From Desulfobacteraceae bacterium UBA5616 (GTDB lineage: Bacteria; Desulfobacterota; Desulfobacteria; Desulfobacterales; UBA5616), in assembly GCA_002423615.1 (NCBI GenBank), contig DIKO01000049.1, positions 40,264 to 104,263 of the forward strand: a DNA stretch of 64,000 bases, in the 5' to 3' direction. The notes under the pieces were generated by a model. The model was not told the origin of the DNA, did not search any database, and saw nothing but the letters and a program-made list of their open reading frames with translations. Positions 9,737 through 18,547 of this stretch are shown here, piece by piece. Each line of letters starts with the position of its first letter. Position 1 is the first letter of the stretch. The position numbers and the translations under genes were made by a program.

Positions 9737-10939
9737 TTATTTTCTCGGCAATCCCAGACCCCTCTGGGCCACGATATTGCGCTGGATTTCGGAGGAACCC
9801 GCACCGACGGTCGCGGAAATGCAGTCCAGGTATCCCTTGGGGATCATTCCCCGAATGGGCGTCCATGGGGATGGCCCGGTGAGCTGACCGTAGGGGCCCA
9901 TGATCTCCATGGACATGTCGGCCATTTTACGGCTGAGTTCGGTACAGATGAGTTTCAAGGCCGAGGCCTCCACGCTGGGTTGCTGTCCCTTGTCCAGCAT
10001 GTCGGCAGTCCTCCAGAAAAATTTATACGCCACTTCAAGCCGGGTGGCGAGATAAGCGATCTGTTGCCGAACCTGGACGTTTTCACTCAAGGGCCTTCCG
10101 TCCCTTTGAGCGGTTTTAACGTATGCGATGAGTTCCTCGAGCATTTTGGCGAAAGCGCCGATGCCGACCATCAGCCTCTCGAAATCCAGGGCCAGCATGA
10201 GATAGTAAAAGCCCATGTTTTTCTGTCCGATGAGGTTTCGCTTGGGAACGCGGACATTGTCGAAGAAAACCTCGTTAAAGGAATGGGACCCGAGAATGTT
10301 GATCAAGGGACGGATGGTCACCCCGGGGCTCTTGTTGTCCACGATGAACATGCTCATACCCTTGTGGGGTTTTGCATCCGGGTCGGTTTTGGCGGCGAGC
10401 CAGGCGTAATCGGAGAGGTGGGCCGCCGAACTCCAGATTTTCTGGCCATTGATGATATAATCGTCCCCATCCTCGATGGCTGTTGTCCTCATGGCGGCCA
10501 GGTCACTTCCGGCATCGGGTTCGCTGTAGCCCAGCCAGAGGTTGATTTCTCCCCTGGCGATCGGGGGAATCCAGTCCTTCTTGTTTTCTTCGGTGCCGAA
10601 ATGAAGAATGCTGGGCCCGGCAATGCCCGTGGCAATGCCCATTCCCGGAGCCTTGTAATACATGATCAGGTCTTCGTATATGGCCTGCTCCATGTATGAG
10701 TATTGCTTGCCCCCATATTCCTTGGGCCAGGATATGGTGAGCCATCCTTTCTCAGCCAGCTTGTTCTTGAACGCAATCGCAGTCCGGACCATTTCCGGGT
10801 CTTCGTTCAGTTCCATCGAACCATACCCGCCGGGCCAGTATTTCATGCGGTCCGGCCAGTCGGAGGGGAGTTCGGTCTTGAGAAAATTCAGGACCTCGTT
10901 TCTGAAGTCGATCTGTTTTTGCGTAAACTGAAATTCCAT
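9737..10939 (-). CDS. Acyl-CoA dehydrogenase family protein, large/alpha-type member of a pair
   Basis: Contains WPKEYGG, YSEPDAGSDLA, an IVD-like LDFERL segment and a C-terminal GAGSSEIQRNIVAQRGLGLPR. The start is placed at MEFQFTQKQ (ATG 10939), not the track start 11005. It is a paralog of 49972..51159. Confidence 0.9.
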   Translation of the reverse strand: MEFQFTQKQIDFRNEVLNFLKTELPSDWPDRMKYWPGGYGSMELNEDPEMVRTAIAFKNKLAEKGWLTISWPKEYGGKQYSYMEQAIYEDLIMYYKAPGMGIATGIAGPSILHFGTEENKKDWIPPIARGEINLWLGYSEPDAGSDLAAMRTTAIEDGDDYIINGQKIWSSAAHLSDYAWLAAKTDPDAKPHKGMSMFIVDNKSPGVTIRPLINILGSHSFNEVFFDNVRVPKRNLIGQKNMGFYYLMLALDFERLMVGIGAFAKMLEELIAYVKTAQRDGRPLSENVQVRQQIAYLATRLEVAYKFFWRTADMLDKGQQPSVEASALKLICTELSRKMADMSMEIMGPYGQLTGPSPWTPIRGMIPKGYLDCISATVGAGSSEIQRNIVAQRGLGLPRK

Positions 10940-11000
10940 GGCGTCCCTTTCTTTTATAAGAGCATATCGATAAATCGGGTTTGTGTGTCTATGAATATAA

Positions 11001-11016
11001 AGCAAAGGCCGTGCCG
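11001..11016 (-). promoter_or_regulatory. sigma54 (-24/-12) promoter candidate P1
   Basis: The minus strand reads CGGCAC-GGCCT-TTGCT with correct GG-N10-GC spacing. It sits about 60 nt upstream of the ACAD start at 10939. Confidence 0.6.
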
Positions 11017-11227
11017 TCTACAAATAAAATCTGGATGTGTTTTGGCAATCAATTGATTTAGCAGTAAATAAGCTATTATTAGGATTGCCGAATTACGGTA
11101 ACAGGCCGGTTGAATGGGAAAAGCATGTCGGGAAACCGTCTTAAATAGGCCGGTATGCCGACACTCATGGTCCGGTAAAGGCGTTTTGGGAAGGTTGTGC
11201 GATTGAATTTAACACCGGAATGGAATG

Positions 11228-11267
11228 GGTTCCCCGTCGTGCCCGGTGTCGGGCATGACGGGGAACC
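11228..11267 (-). terminator. GC-rich hairpin downstream of the DUF1329 gene
   Basis: GGTTCCCCGTC-gTGCCCGgtgtCGGGCAt-GACGGGGAACC has an 11-bp outer stem plus an inner stem. It lies about 50 nt after the stop at 11318. There is no strong U-tract. Confidence 0.5.
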
Positions 11268-11317
11268 TGATTCTCATGCAATTTTGAGGATTTAAATCCG
11301 GACAGGTGGTGAGAAGA

Positions 11318-12529
11318 TCATCCTCCGCTTAGTGCGCCCGGGTCAAAAAGGTGGGGGTCTAAATCGCTGTTGGTGTTGAGTGCCCCGACAATTGAATAGG
11401 ACCAATATAGCGTTTTGAAATCCGTAGTCCCTCCCCCGAGCCTGAGGGCGTAAAGGTCGGTTTTCGAATTACCGAGGGGCCTGACATGAAAGGCCAATGT
11501 TATGCCTTTCCAGAATTCGCCGCGTTTGTCGTATATTTCCGAGTAAACGCCGGCCCAGTGCCGGTCTCTCACCCACAGGTCCCATTTGGAGGTAGGGTAC
11601 CGTGGATCTTTGGATTTGAGCTCGATGACATAGGCGTCGACGAGTTCATAAGGATCGTTGGGGCCGAAAAGTACGGGATGAGAATACATCTTGTTGGGGA
11701 GCTTATCACCCGTGGTGACCTGGTTCGCCAGCATCAGGGTTTTTTCTTTTCGGAGCAGTTTGTATGTAAAAAGGGGAATTTTTCCATCGAAACAGAATAT
11801 TTCATCCCAGGTCGAAGCGGATCCCCGCATGGGGTTGGCCCTTTCAGCGCTTACCATGCGAATGGTTCTTCTTAAGGTCGGAACATAAGTCCACATGTCA
11901 TCAGTTTTTAAAGGGTCCTTATACCTCCAGGTTAAGGTTGCCATATCTTTGTGGGGAGGTGTCTTGGAATTGATGATGGAAGCCCAGTAGAGACCCTTGG
12001 GATTTGGAAGCTCCGGCAATGGAGGCAGAATGGTCCGTCCTGAGAATTTCAAACAATCAAAGACGCTGTCAAATACGGCAATGGATCCTCCCTTTCGTTT
12101 GGAGAAAGTCAGATAGCTGTAGGGAAGACTCCAGTCTTCGGGCAGATCCTTATAAAACTGATTCCACATGATTTTCAGAGCGAGATCCGGTTCCTGGGGA
12201 TTTGGGAAAGGAACGTCCACCCCGGTGTACCCTTCAATCAAGCCCTCCGGTGTCAGTTTAGCCTTGCCGATATTGCCTTCGGAAGCTTTCCGAAAGGCAT
12301 CGGTGATCGGCCAGTCTTTGGGTTCCCCGATCGAAAGCACGACGGGAGCCTCGAAGCCCCATCCGTCCTTTACGAAGCGCGCCAAAAAGGATGGGAGGTA
12401 ATCCTTGTATTGATCAATATTGGTGGAATCAATAACGTCTCCTCCTCGGGGTTCCGCGGCAAATGAGGGGGGTGAAAAGATCAGCGCTGTAACTGTTGTC
12501 ACCAGCAATAAAAAAAACCGATTTTCCAT
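11318..12529 (-). CDS. Secreted DUF1329 family protein (LolA-like fold), copy 1
   Basis: Signal peptide MENRFFLLLVTTVTALIFSPPSFAAEP. The DDMWTYVPTLRRTIRMVSAERANPMRGS...DEIFCFDG region matches the conserved DUF1329 core pattern (W.Y.P.LRR..R). Confidence 0.75.
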   Translation of the reverse strand: MENRFFLLLVTTVTALIFSPPSFAAEPRGGDVIDSTNIDQYKDYLPSFLARFVKDGWGFEAPVVLSIGEPKDWPITDAFRKASEGNIGKAKLTPEGLIEGYTGVDVPFPNPQEPDLALKIMWNQFYKDLPEDWSLPYSYLTFSKRKGGSIAVFDSVFDCLKFSGRTILPPLPELPNPKGLYWASIINSKTPPHKDMATLTWRYKDPLKTDDMWTYVPTLRRTIRMVSAERANPMRGSASTWDEIFCFDGKIPLFTYKLLRKEKTLMLANQVTTGDKLPNKMYSHPVLFGPNDPYELVDAYVIELKSKDPRYPTSKWDLWVRDRHWAGVYSEIYDKRGEFWKGITLAFHVRPLGNSKTDLYALRLGGGTTDFKTLYWSYSIVGALNTNSDLDPHLFDPGALSGG

Positions 12530-12931
12530 TTCTTTTTAACATCCATTCGTGTACCAGTCCTTTTTGTTTAATGAAGTTTTGTTGAAGAAAGGTCTTTGCT
12601 TGCCGGAAGTAATCAACCGGATATCCTGTTTTGATCAGAAAATATTAGAGGTTCAACTATTACGGTAATAATTTTTTAAAATAGGGTTCCGAAAACGATG
12701 TCTCTGCCGGAACCCGGCAAAAAGCTGAATGGCACGGTTCCACAAGAGGGAGTTAAAAATTTTGTAGCACCTCAAATCCGTGCCGTCAACACCAGGGTAT
12801 TGGTGGGGTTTTGGCGGTTTAAAACCCGAAATAGACAATTTAACCGGTCGGGTCGAATGTGTATCGAACGACCGCTGAACTCGAGGCTTATCCAAAAACA
12901 TTCAAGATCTTAAAAAAAGTGGAGACTCCAT

Positions 12932-15900
12932 ATGATCACAGAAAACCTTCCTGCCTTTTCCATGTCCCAATGGCAGTTTCTGGCCCTTTACCAGGCCGTG
13001 GCCAAACCCTTGTCCATCGACACCGCCGGGCATATCGTTCCTCTGTTGCCCGGGCCTTTTCTCGATCTTTTCAAAAAAGCCGTCGATCTGGGATGGTTGA
13101 TTCCAAGAGCCGAAGGGCTATATCAATTCGCAAAGGCGGCCCCTCCCGGAGTTGTCCGGAAGCTAGATAAAATCAACTCGCCCCATTATCTGACTTCGGT
13201 CGTCAACCGGATTCAGTCCGACCAGGGTATCGCCCGGGAGGCCGGAGACATTGCGGAACTCCTGCTGATCAGGGCCGGCAAAAGTCTGGATGTGGCCCAG
13301 GAAGAATATCAGCGCGCCAAAATCCATATTTCGGAAAACCGGCTGGACGAAGCGTTTTCCGCTTTTCAGAAAACCCTGTCCCTCATTGCCCTGGCCGGGG
13401 ACAGCGCCAAATCGGCCAAACTGTTTGTTTCGGTGGTCATTCATTATTCCTATTTGAGTACGCTGTATGGAAAGGCCACCCGAAAAACCTATGCCCTGAT
13501 GCAGAAAGCCCTTAAACTGTCCGAAAATATCGGTGATATCCGATCCCGGGCCGTGCTGAAAATGCAGTTGGGACTCTATCTGTTTCTGACCCATAATTTA
13601 TCCAACGCCATTTCATCCCTGTCCTCAGGACTGGATATCGTCCGGCAACTCGGGGATGAAGACATCCGGAGCCAGACGACTTCCTATATCGGCTTTTATT
13701 ACTTCATGCGGGGGCGTTACCGGGAGGCCGCCCGTTACTGCCTTCAGGCCTTTCAGGACGGTATCGAAATTAAATACAACCCCTACATCTTAAGTGTCAT
13801 GGGGTATTCCCTGGGATTCCAGGGCCGTTTTTCAACCGCCATCGGCTGCATGGATTATATCCGGACCCTGGCCAGACACCAGGCAGACCCCCAGATGGCG
13901 GCCTATTGCCGGATCGTTATCGGGCTCCTCCTGATTTTCATGGGGGATATGCCCCGGGGTAAGGCCGTGATGGAAGAGGCGATGCTCCATAACCAGAAAA
14001 AATCCCCGAACTTCGCTGAAATCCAGTATGAACTGGGAATGGGGTATGCGGAATACCTCTCCGGGGCTTTCCAATCCGCAGTGGACCACTTTAAAAATGC
14101 CTTCAGCCTTTTTCAGGGCCTCAATATGCAATACCGGAATTTTATTCCCCCATGGATGATTGAAGCCTATTACGAACTTTCCGGAAAGGGATTTTCACTG
14201 CCGGGATTTCAGGAAAATTTTCGGGATGATATGGCATTTTATATCAATGAACCCAATATCGTCCGGAAGGGGATCGCCCTGAGGATGCGCGTTCAGCGGG
14301 ATATGGCCCAGGGGAGTGATTTAAAAAACCTTGAAGCGGATTTACTGGAAAGCGAGCAATACCTGGATCAGGCCGGCGATGTTTTCGAACTGGCCAAAAC
14401 CAGGTTGTGCATGGCCGGATTAAAGCGACGTATGGGAATTCATCAACAGGCAGCCTGGTATGCCGGCCAGGCAGGACCGGAGCTGTCCCGTTACAGACAC
14501 ATGAAGATCAGTGAAGATTTATTGAGACATGTTTCGGGAATAAATCCGATGGCCGATAATAAGGGAAACCCGGAAGACATGTTCCAAAGACTTCTGGACA
14601 TGGTGGAAAATCTGTTGATCATGGATATTCAATTGAATCCCCCGAATTTTTTGTTCCGTTTTATCGTGTCATCCGCACATTTTTTAGGGGCGGAACGGGG
14701 AGCTTATTTCCATTACAGCGAAAAGGAGAAAGGTGAAAACCCGGGGTTTAACCTGATGGGCCAGTTCAACATGGATTCCGGTATTTTTGAAGACCCGGAT
14801 TTTCTTCCCTCACTGACAGCCGTCAAAACCGCATTTGATAACGGTGAACCCAGGGTTTTTATATCAGATGGAAAGGATTCTCACCAGGGTTCATTGATGC
14901 GCTCTTATTTGTGTCTGCCCCTGAAGAACGGCCCCCATGCCAGGGGCGTGTTATATTACGACAACCGGTGGCTGGACGCTCAATACAACAATGTTCCCAT
15001 GAATTCCTTGAAGCGGATCAGCATCCTTTTCGACAATGCGTTTAACCAGGTTTTTCAGATTTATCGGAGAATACGGACCGATACGGACTCCCTCATCGAA
15101 CAAAAAACGCATCTTGGCCCTGGAGAAAACAGCGATTTCATGACCATCAGCCCGGTCATGAAAAAAATGCTGAAACAAATTGACCGGATTGCCGCATCGG
15201 ATGCCCCGGTGCTGATTACCGGCGAGACCGGGGTGGGCAAAGGACTTCTGGCAAAGCGCATTCACGAGAAGAGCAGCAGAAAGGAACGGCCATTCATCGT
15301 GGTGGACCTGAACACCATCCCGGAAAACCTGGTCGAAAGCGAATTGTTCGGGTATGAGAAGGGAGCCTTCACCGGAGCCGACCGGAAAAAAATCGGTCAC
15401 CTGGAAATGGCTCACCGGGGAACCTTGTTTATGGATGAGATCGGTGAAATCCCCCATGCCCTGCAAAGCAAACTCCTGCAGTTTGTTCAGGAAAAATCCT
15501 TCACCCGGATCGGCGGCACCCAGTTGATAAAATCCGATTTCCGGCTGATCACGGCCACCAACCGGGACCTGTCGGAGGATGTCCGGAAAGGGGCCTTCCG
15601 CCTGGATCTTTTTCACCGGTTGAACGTCATTCCCTTTGTTATTCCTTCCCTGGCTGAACGGCGGGAGGACATTCTTTATCTGGCCCGTCATTTTTTGAGG
15701 AATTACGCGACCAAACATCACAAGCCCAATATCCGGCTGTCCGCTCGGCATGAGCAGATGCTTTCATCCTACCACTGGCCCGGGAATGTCCGTGAGCTCG
15801 CCAATATCATGGAACGGTGCATTCTGCTCTCACCGGAAAACCCCATCGATCTGATACTTCCCCTGAACCGGGCCCTTTCAACCGACCACCCGTTTTCCGA

Positions 15901-16075
15901 TACGCCGACCATGGAGGACCTGCAGCGGCGCTACATCGATTTTGTATTGAACCTCACCAATGGTAAAATCGGCGGCAGCAAGGGGGCCGCCGCCATTCTC
16001 GGAATGAAAAGATCCACCCTGTATACGCGGATGGATCGTCTGGGTATCCGGGGCGGCGAGAAGCGGGGTGTTTAG
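12932..16075 (+). CDS. sigma54-dependent transcriptional activator (EBP-1): unknown helical N-domain, GAF, AAA+, Fis-type HTH
   Basis: Walker A GETGVGKG (from 15221), GAFTGA (15361..15378), FRLDLFHRLNV, and C-terminal AAILGMKRSTLYTRMDRLGI. The GAF-like block includes LCLPLKNGPHARGVLYYDN. The first 550 aa or so match no sensor domain I recognise. Confidence 0.9.
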   Translation: MITENLPAFSMSQWQFLALYQAVAKPLSIDTAGHIVPLLPGPFLDLFKKAVDLGWLIPRAEGLYQFAKAAPPGVVRKLDKINSPHYLTSVVNRIQSDQGIAREAGDIAELLLIRAGKSLDVAQEEYQRAKIHISENRLDEAFSAFQKTLSLIALAGDSAKSAKLFVSVVIHYSYLSTLYGKATRKTYALMQKALKLSENIGDIRSRAVLKMQLGLYLFLTHNLSNAISSLSSGLDIVRQLGDEDIRSQTTSYIGFYYFMRGRYREAARYCLQAFQDGIEIKYNPYILSVMGYSLGFQGRFSTAIGCMDYIRTLARHQADPQMAAYCRIVIGLLLIFMGDMPRGKAVMEEAMLHNQKKSPNFAEIQYELGMGYAEYLSGAFQSAVDHFKNAFSLFQGLNMQYRNFIPPWMIEAYYELSGKGFSLPGFQENFRDDMAFYINEPNIVRKGIALRMRVQRDMAQGSDLKNLEADLLESEQYLDQAGDVFELAKTRLCMAGLKRRMGIHQQAAWYAGQAGPELSRYRHMKISEDLLRHVSGINPMADNKGNPEDMFQRLLDMVENLLIMDIQLNPPNFLFRFIVSSAHFLGAERGAYFHYSEKEKGENPGFNLMGQFNMDSGIFEDPDFLPSLTAVKTAFDNGEPRVFISDGKDSHQGSLMRSYLCLPLKNGPHARGVLYYDNRWLDAQYNNVPMNSLKRISILFDNAFNQVFQIYRRIRTDTDSLIEQKTHLGPGENSDFMTISPVMKKMLKQIDRIAASDAPVLITGETGVGKGLLAKRIHEKSSRKERPFIVVDLNTIPENLVESELFGYEKGAFTGADRKKIGHLEMAHRGTLFMDEIGEIPHALQSKLLQFVQEKSFTRIGGTQLIKSDFRLITATNRDLSEDVRKGAFRLDLFHRLNVIPFVIPSLAERREDILYLARHFLRNYATKHHKPNIRLSARHEQMLSSYHWPGNVRELANIMERCILLSPENPIDLILPLNRALSTDHPFSDTPTMEDLQRRYIDFVLNLTNGKIGGSKGAAAILGMKRSTLYTRMDRLGIRGGEKRGV

Positions 16076-16080
16076 TTCTT

Positions 16081-16419
16081 TTATGAGGTGCCCGGAGGGC
16101 TTTCAATGGAATAGACATCAGCGGGCAATTCGATGGTTTTTTCAGGATGGTCAAATTTTTTTCGCTTAAAAAGTTTTTCATGGAAAAAAATCCCAAACCA
16201 TCGGATGTTTCTCCCCAGAAAAGCCAGAAACCGCCCTTTGAAAAGAATATTGGCCAACCCCCGGATATCGTCTTTTCCGACGGTGATCTGGAAATACCAC
16301 ATCACAGGAGTCACGATCTGGCCTTTGATCAGCAGATTGCCATCCCTGATTTCAACGTAATAATGCCTGAAATCCATATTCAGGACCATTGTGCCCAGTC
16401 CTTTGGACCATATGTTCAT
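16081..16419 (-). CDS. Small hypothetical protein (112 aa), tandem paralog B
   Basis: MNIWSKGLGTMVLNMDFRHYYVE... aligns with the upstream 97-aa ORF. Its start overlaps that ORF's stop (ATGA). It is the last gene of the CrtI-like operon. Confidence 0.55.
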   Translation of the reverse strand: MNIWSKGLGTMVLNMDFRHYYVEIRDGNLLIKGQIVTPVMWYFQITVGKDDIRGLANILFKGRFLAFLGRNIRWFGIFFHEKLFKRKKFDHPEKTIELPADVYSIESPPGTS

Positions 16420-16709
16420 TTCGGCTTCTCCGATATCCTCGCATAGCGTTGCCGTTTAAATGCCTTTTCATATAAAAATTGCAGCACAATGGGGAAGTTT
16501 CTCAGAAGGAAAAAAAACGTCGTGGGTTTGAAAAAAATGTTGAGCAGGCCCGGGATGTCTTCCTTGTGAAATGTTGCCTTGAAATCCCACTGAACCGGCT
16601 GGATGGTTATTCCCCGGACCACTGTGCCGTCATTTTCATTTTCAACCCAATAGCGGGAAAAATCGACTTCGAGCTGAATTTTCCCAAGACCTTCGGACCA
16701 CATCTTCAT
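16416..16709 (-). CDS. Small hypothetical protein (97 aa), tandem paralog A
   Basis: MKMWSEGLGKIQLEVDFSRYWVE...KEDIPGLLNIFFK...EKAFKR. A GGAGG lies upstream. The ORF starts 86 nt after the CrtI-like B stop. Confidence 0.55.
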   Translation of the reverse strand: MKMWSEGLGKIQLEVDFSRYWVENENDGTVVRGITIQPVQWDFKATFHKEDIPGLLNIFFKPTTFFFLLRNFPIVLQFLYEKAFKRQRYARISEKPK

Positions 16710-16795
16710 GAAATGTTTGCCTCCGTAAAAAGGATCTGAAAACCGGGCATGACATGGGCCCTGATGCCGTCGTCATGCCCGGTTTTAAAAAAGCT

Positions 16796-18469
16796 TCAAT
16801 CGTCGATATACTGTTTTACATAACGCTCGATGCTCTCCGAATATTTCCACCACTTTGTCACGCCCATGTCTTCTGCGATCCTGTTCGCGGCGATATAGCC
16901 CGGACCGCCGATGATCAATCCCCCTGGATAGGTGGAGGCGCCGCAGACATAGAGGCCTTCGATGGGGGTGCTGGTCCTGGAGCAAAGGTCATTGGGCCGG
17001 AAATACCCCATCTGCAGGGGATTGTACTCCCCGTGTTTGATGGATCCGTATTTCATGCAGGGAATTCGGCGTTCAATATCCAAGGGGCTTTCGGACGTCG
17101 ACATGACAAGATTGTCCTTGTTGAGATTTTTTAAATAACCCGACCAGGTCTCCATGATTTTGGCTTCCAGGCCTTTCTTTTTCTCTTCCCACCCCCCTTC
17201 AATCTTCCCCGGAACCAGCATCTGGAAAAAAGCCGTATGATGGCCCGGAATTCTTGTCAGGGTATGATCAAAAAGGGTTTCCATGGAACAATGACCGGCC
17301 GGCGGAGGAATTTCTCCTTCCCGGATCTGTTTTGCCATGCCCGCCAGTTCATCAGCCGAATCAATGCCGATAATGTTCATGAACGTGTTGTCGATATCCC
17401 GCTCGTCAGCCTTGTAATGCAGGGGCTCCTTGATCGCGATGTGGGTGGTGAAGAAGCTGCTTTTATCCCAGGCCCAGTTTTTGACGTAATTTTTCAATGC
17501 CGGCGAGAGATAATCTTCCCCCACCAGTTTCATGAACGTGGTCTGGGTATCCAGGCTGGATGCCACCACCTTGGCCTTGACGATCTGCCCGTCGAACAAT
17601 TCAACCCCCACGGCCCGGTTGTTCTGCATCAGAATTTTCGTGACCTCGGCGTTTTCCAGGATCAGTCCTTTGTTCCGGATGATTTCCTTGGAAAAGCTGC
17701 TGGCCACCTTGTGGGAACCGCCGATGCTGATGCATTTGTTCATGCCGGTTCTGATCATCAGCAGAGGGACCAGGTATCCAAGACCCGGTTCCGTCGGGGA
17801 AAGCCCCCACATGCAGGTCACATACAGGAACAGGGCCTTGACCCGCTCATCCGTGAACATCCGGTCGATGATTTCAACCGGGCTGTCCTCGGCAAGCTTC
17901 ATCATTTGCTTGCCGATGGCCGTTCTCTCGGTTTTAACGGCCAGTTCAATGGGCGGCAGAGGACGATAATAGGTGGCCGGGGCCAGAATTTCATCGATCA
18001 TCTGAATGAACTGTCGGGAATAGGTCTCAAAGGAAACGGCGTCTTTTCTGGAAAATTTCATGATCTGGTCCGCCGTATCCTGAATTTTTGCGGACATGAT
18101 CCAGGATGTGCCGTCTTTGAAAATAATTCCGGTCTGGCGGTTGGGCTTGACGAATTGAAGGGAATGCTCGCTCAGATTGAAATCCGAAAATGCCGGCATG
18201 TAATCCACCATCAGATGATAGGTGGCATGGGTGTTGGCGAAATAGGACGGGAACAGGATTTCTTCGGTTGCAAGACCCCCGCCCACTTCGTATCGTCTCT
18301 CCAGTAATACGACTTTAAGCCCCGCCCTGGCCAGGTAAGCGGCGGTGATCAGGCCGTTCGGGCCTCCGCCGATAACGGCCACATCGCAGGTGATTTCTTC
18401 CGGCATTTTGAACAGGGTGGGAAGATCATACTGGCAGGTGGTGTTTCCGGGATGATTATTGACTGGCAT
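16796..18469 (-). CDS. FAD-dependent oxidoreductase, phytoene desaturase (CrtI)-like family, subunit B candidate
   Basis: Dinucleotide-binding motif CDVAVIGGGPNGLITAAYLARAGLKVVLLERRYEVGGG. Length 557 aa, with C-terminal GLYVCGASTYPGG. An AGGAGGG RBS is present. Confidence 0.8.
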   Translation of the reverse strand: MPVNNHPGNTTCQYDLPTLFKMPEEITCDVAVIGGGPNGLITAAYLARAGLKVVLLERRYEVGGGLATEEILFPSYFANTHATYHLMVDYMPAFSDFNLSEHSLQFVKPNRQTGIIFKDGTSWIMSAKIQDTADQIMKFSRKDAVSFETYSRQFIQMIDEILAPATYYRPLPPIELAVKTERTAIGKQMMKLAEDSPVEIIDRMFTDERVKALFLYVTCMWGLSPTEPGLGYLVPLLMIRTGMNKCISIGGSHKVASSFSKEIIRNKGLILENAEVTKILMQNNRAVGVELFDGQIVKAKVVASSLDTQTTFMKLVGEDYLSPALKNYVKNWAWDKSSFFTTHIAIKEPLHYKADERDIDNTFMNIIGIDSADELAGMAKQIREGEIPPPAGHCSMETLFDHTLTRIPGHHTAFFQMLVPGKIEGGWEEKKKGLEAKIMETWSGYLKNLNKDNLVMSTSESPLDIERRIPCMKYGSIKHGEYNPLQMGYFRPNDLCSRTSTPIEGLYVCGASTYPGGLIIGGPGYIAANRIAEDMGVTKWWKYSESIERYVKQYIDD

Positions 18470-18547
18470 TTGTTTGCCCTCCTGGATTACAATTTTTGTT
18501 GAACCGGCAATAAATCCATATTTGCCGAAAGCTTGCCCATGCTTTTA

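Noticed and set aside
9680-10699. 339-aa plus-strand ORF
   Set aside because: It lies entirely antisense to a well-supported ACAD gene. The composition is G/P/H/R-rich and low-complexity, typical of a shadow frame, and I recognised no motifs.
12541-12556. Possible sigma54 promoter for DUF1329 copy 1 (minus strand TGGTAC-ACGAA-TGGAT)
   Set aside because: The -12 element lacks the conserved GC. The site also lies only about 12 nt from the ATG at 12529, which is too close for a promoter plus RBS.
12653-13170. Three small overlapping ORFs (82, 71 and 103 aa) in and around the DUF1329/EBP-1 spacer
   Set aside because: They are mutually overlapping in different frames and lack RBSs. Their composition is basic and low-complexity. 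The 103-aa ORF overlaps the EBP-1 N-terminus, which is conserved among the three EBP paralogs.
17237-18307. 356-aa plus-strand ORF
   Set aside because: It is antisense to the CrtI-like B gene and is a shadow ORF with R/G/H/D-rich composition. The same reasoning applies to 18626..19177 and 19337..19705, which are antisense to CrtI-like A.
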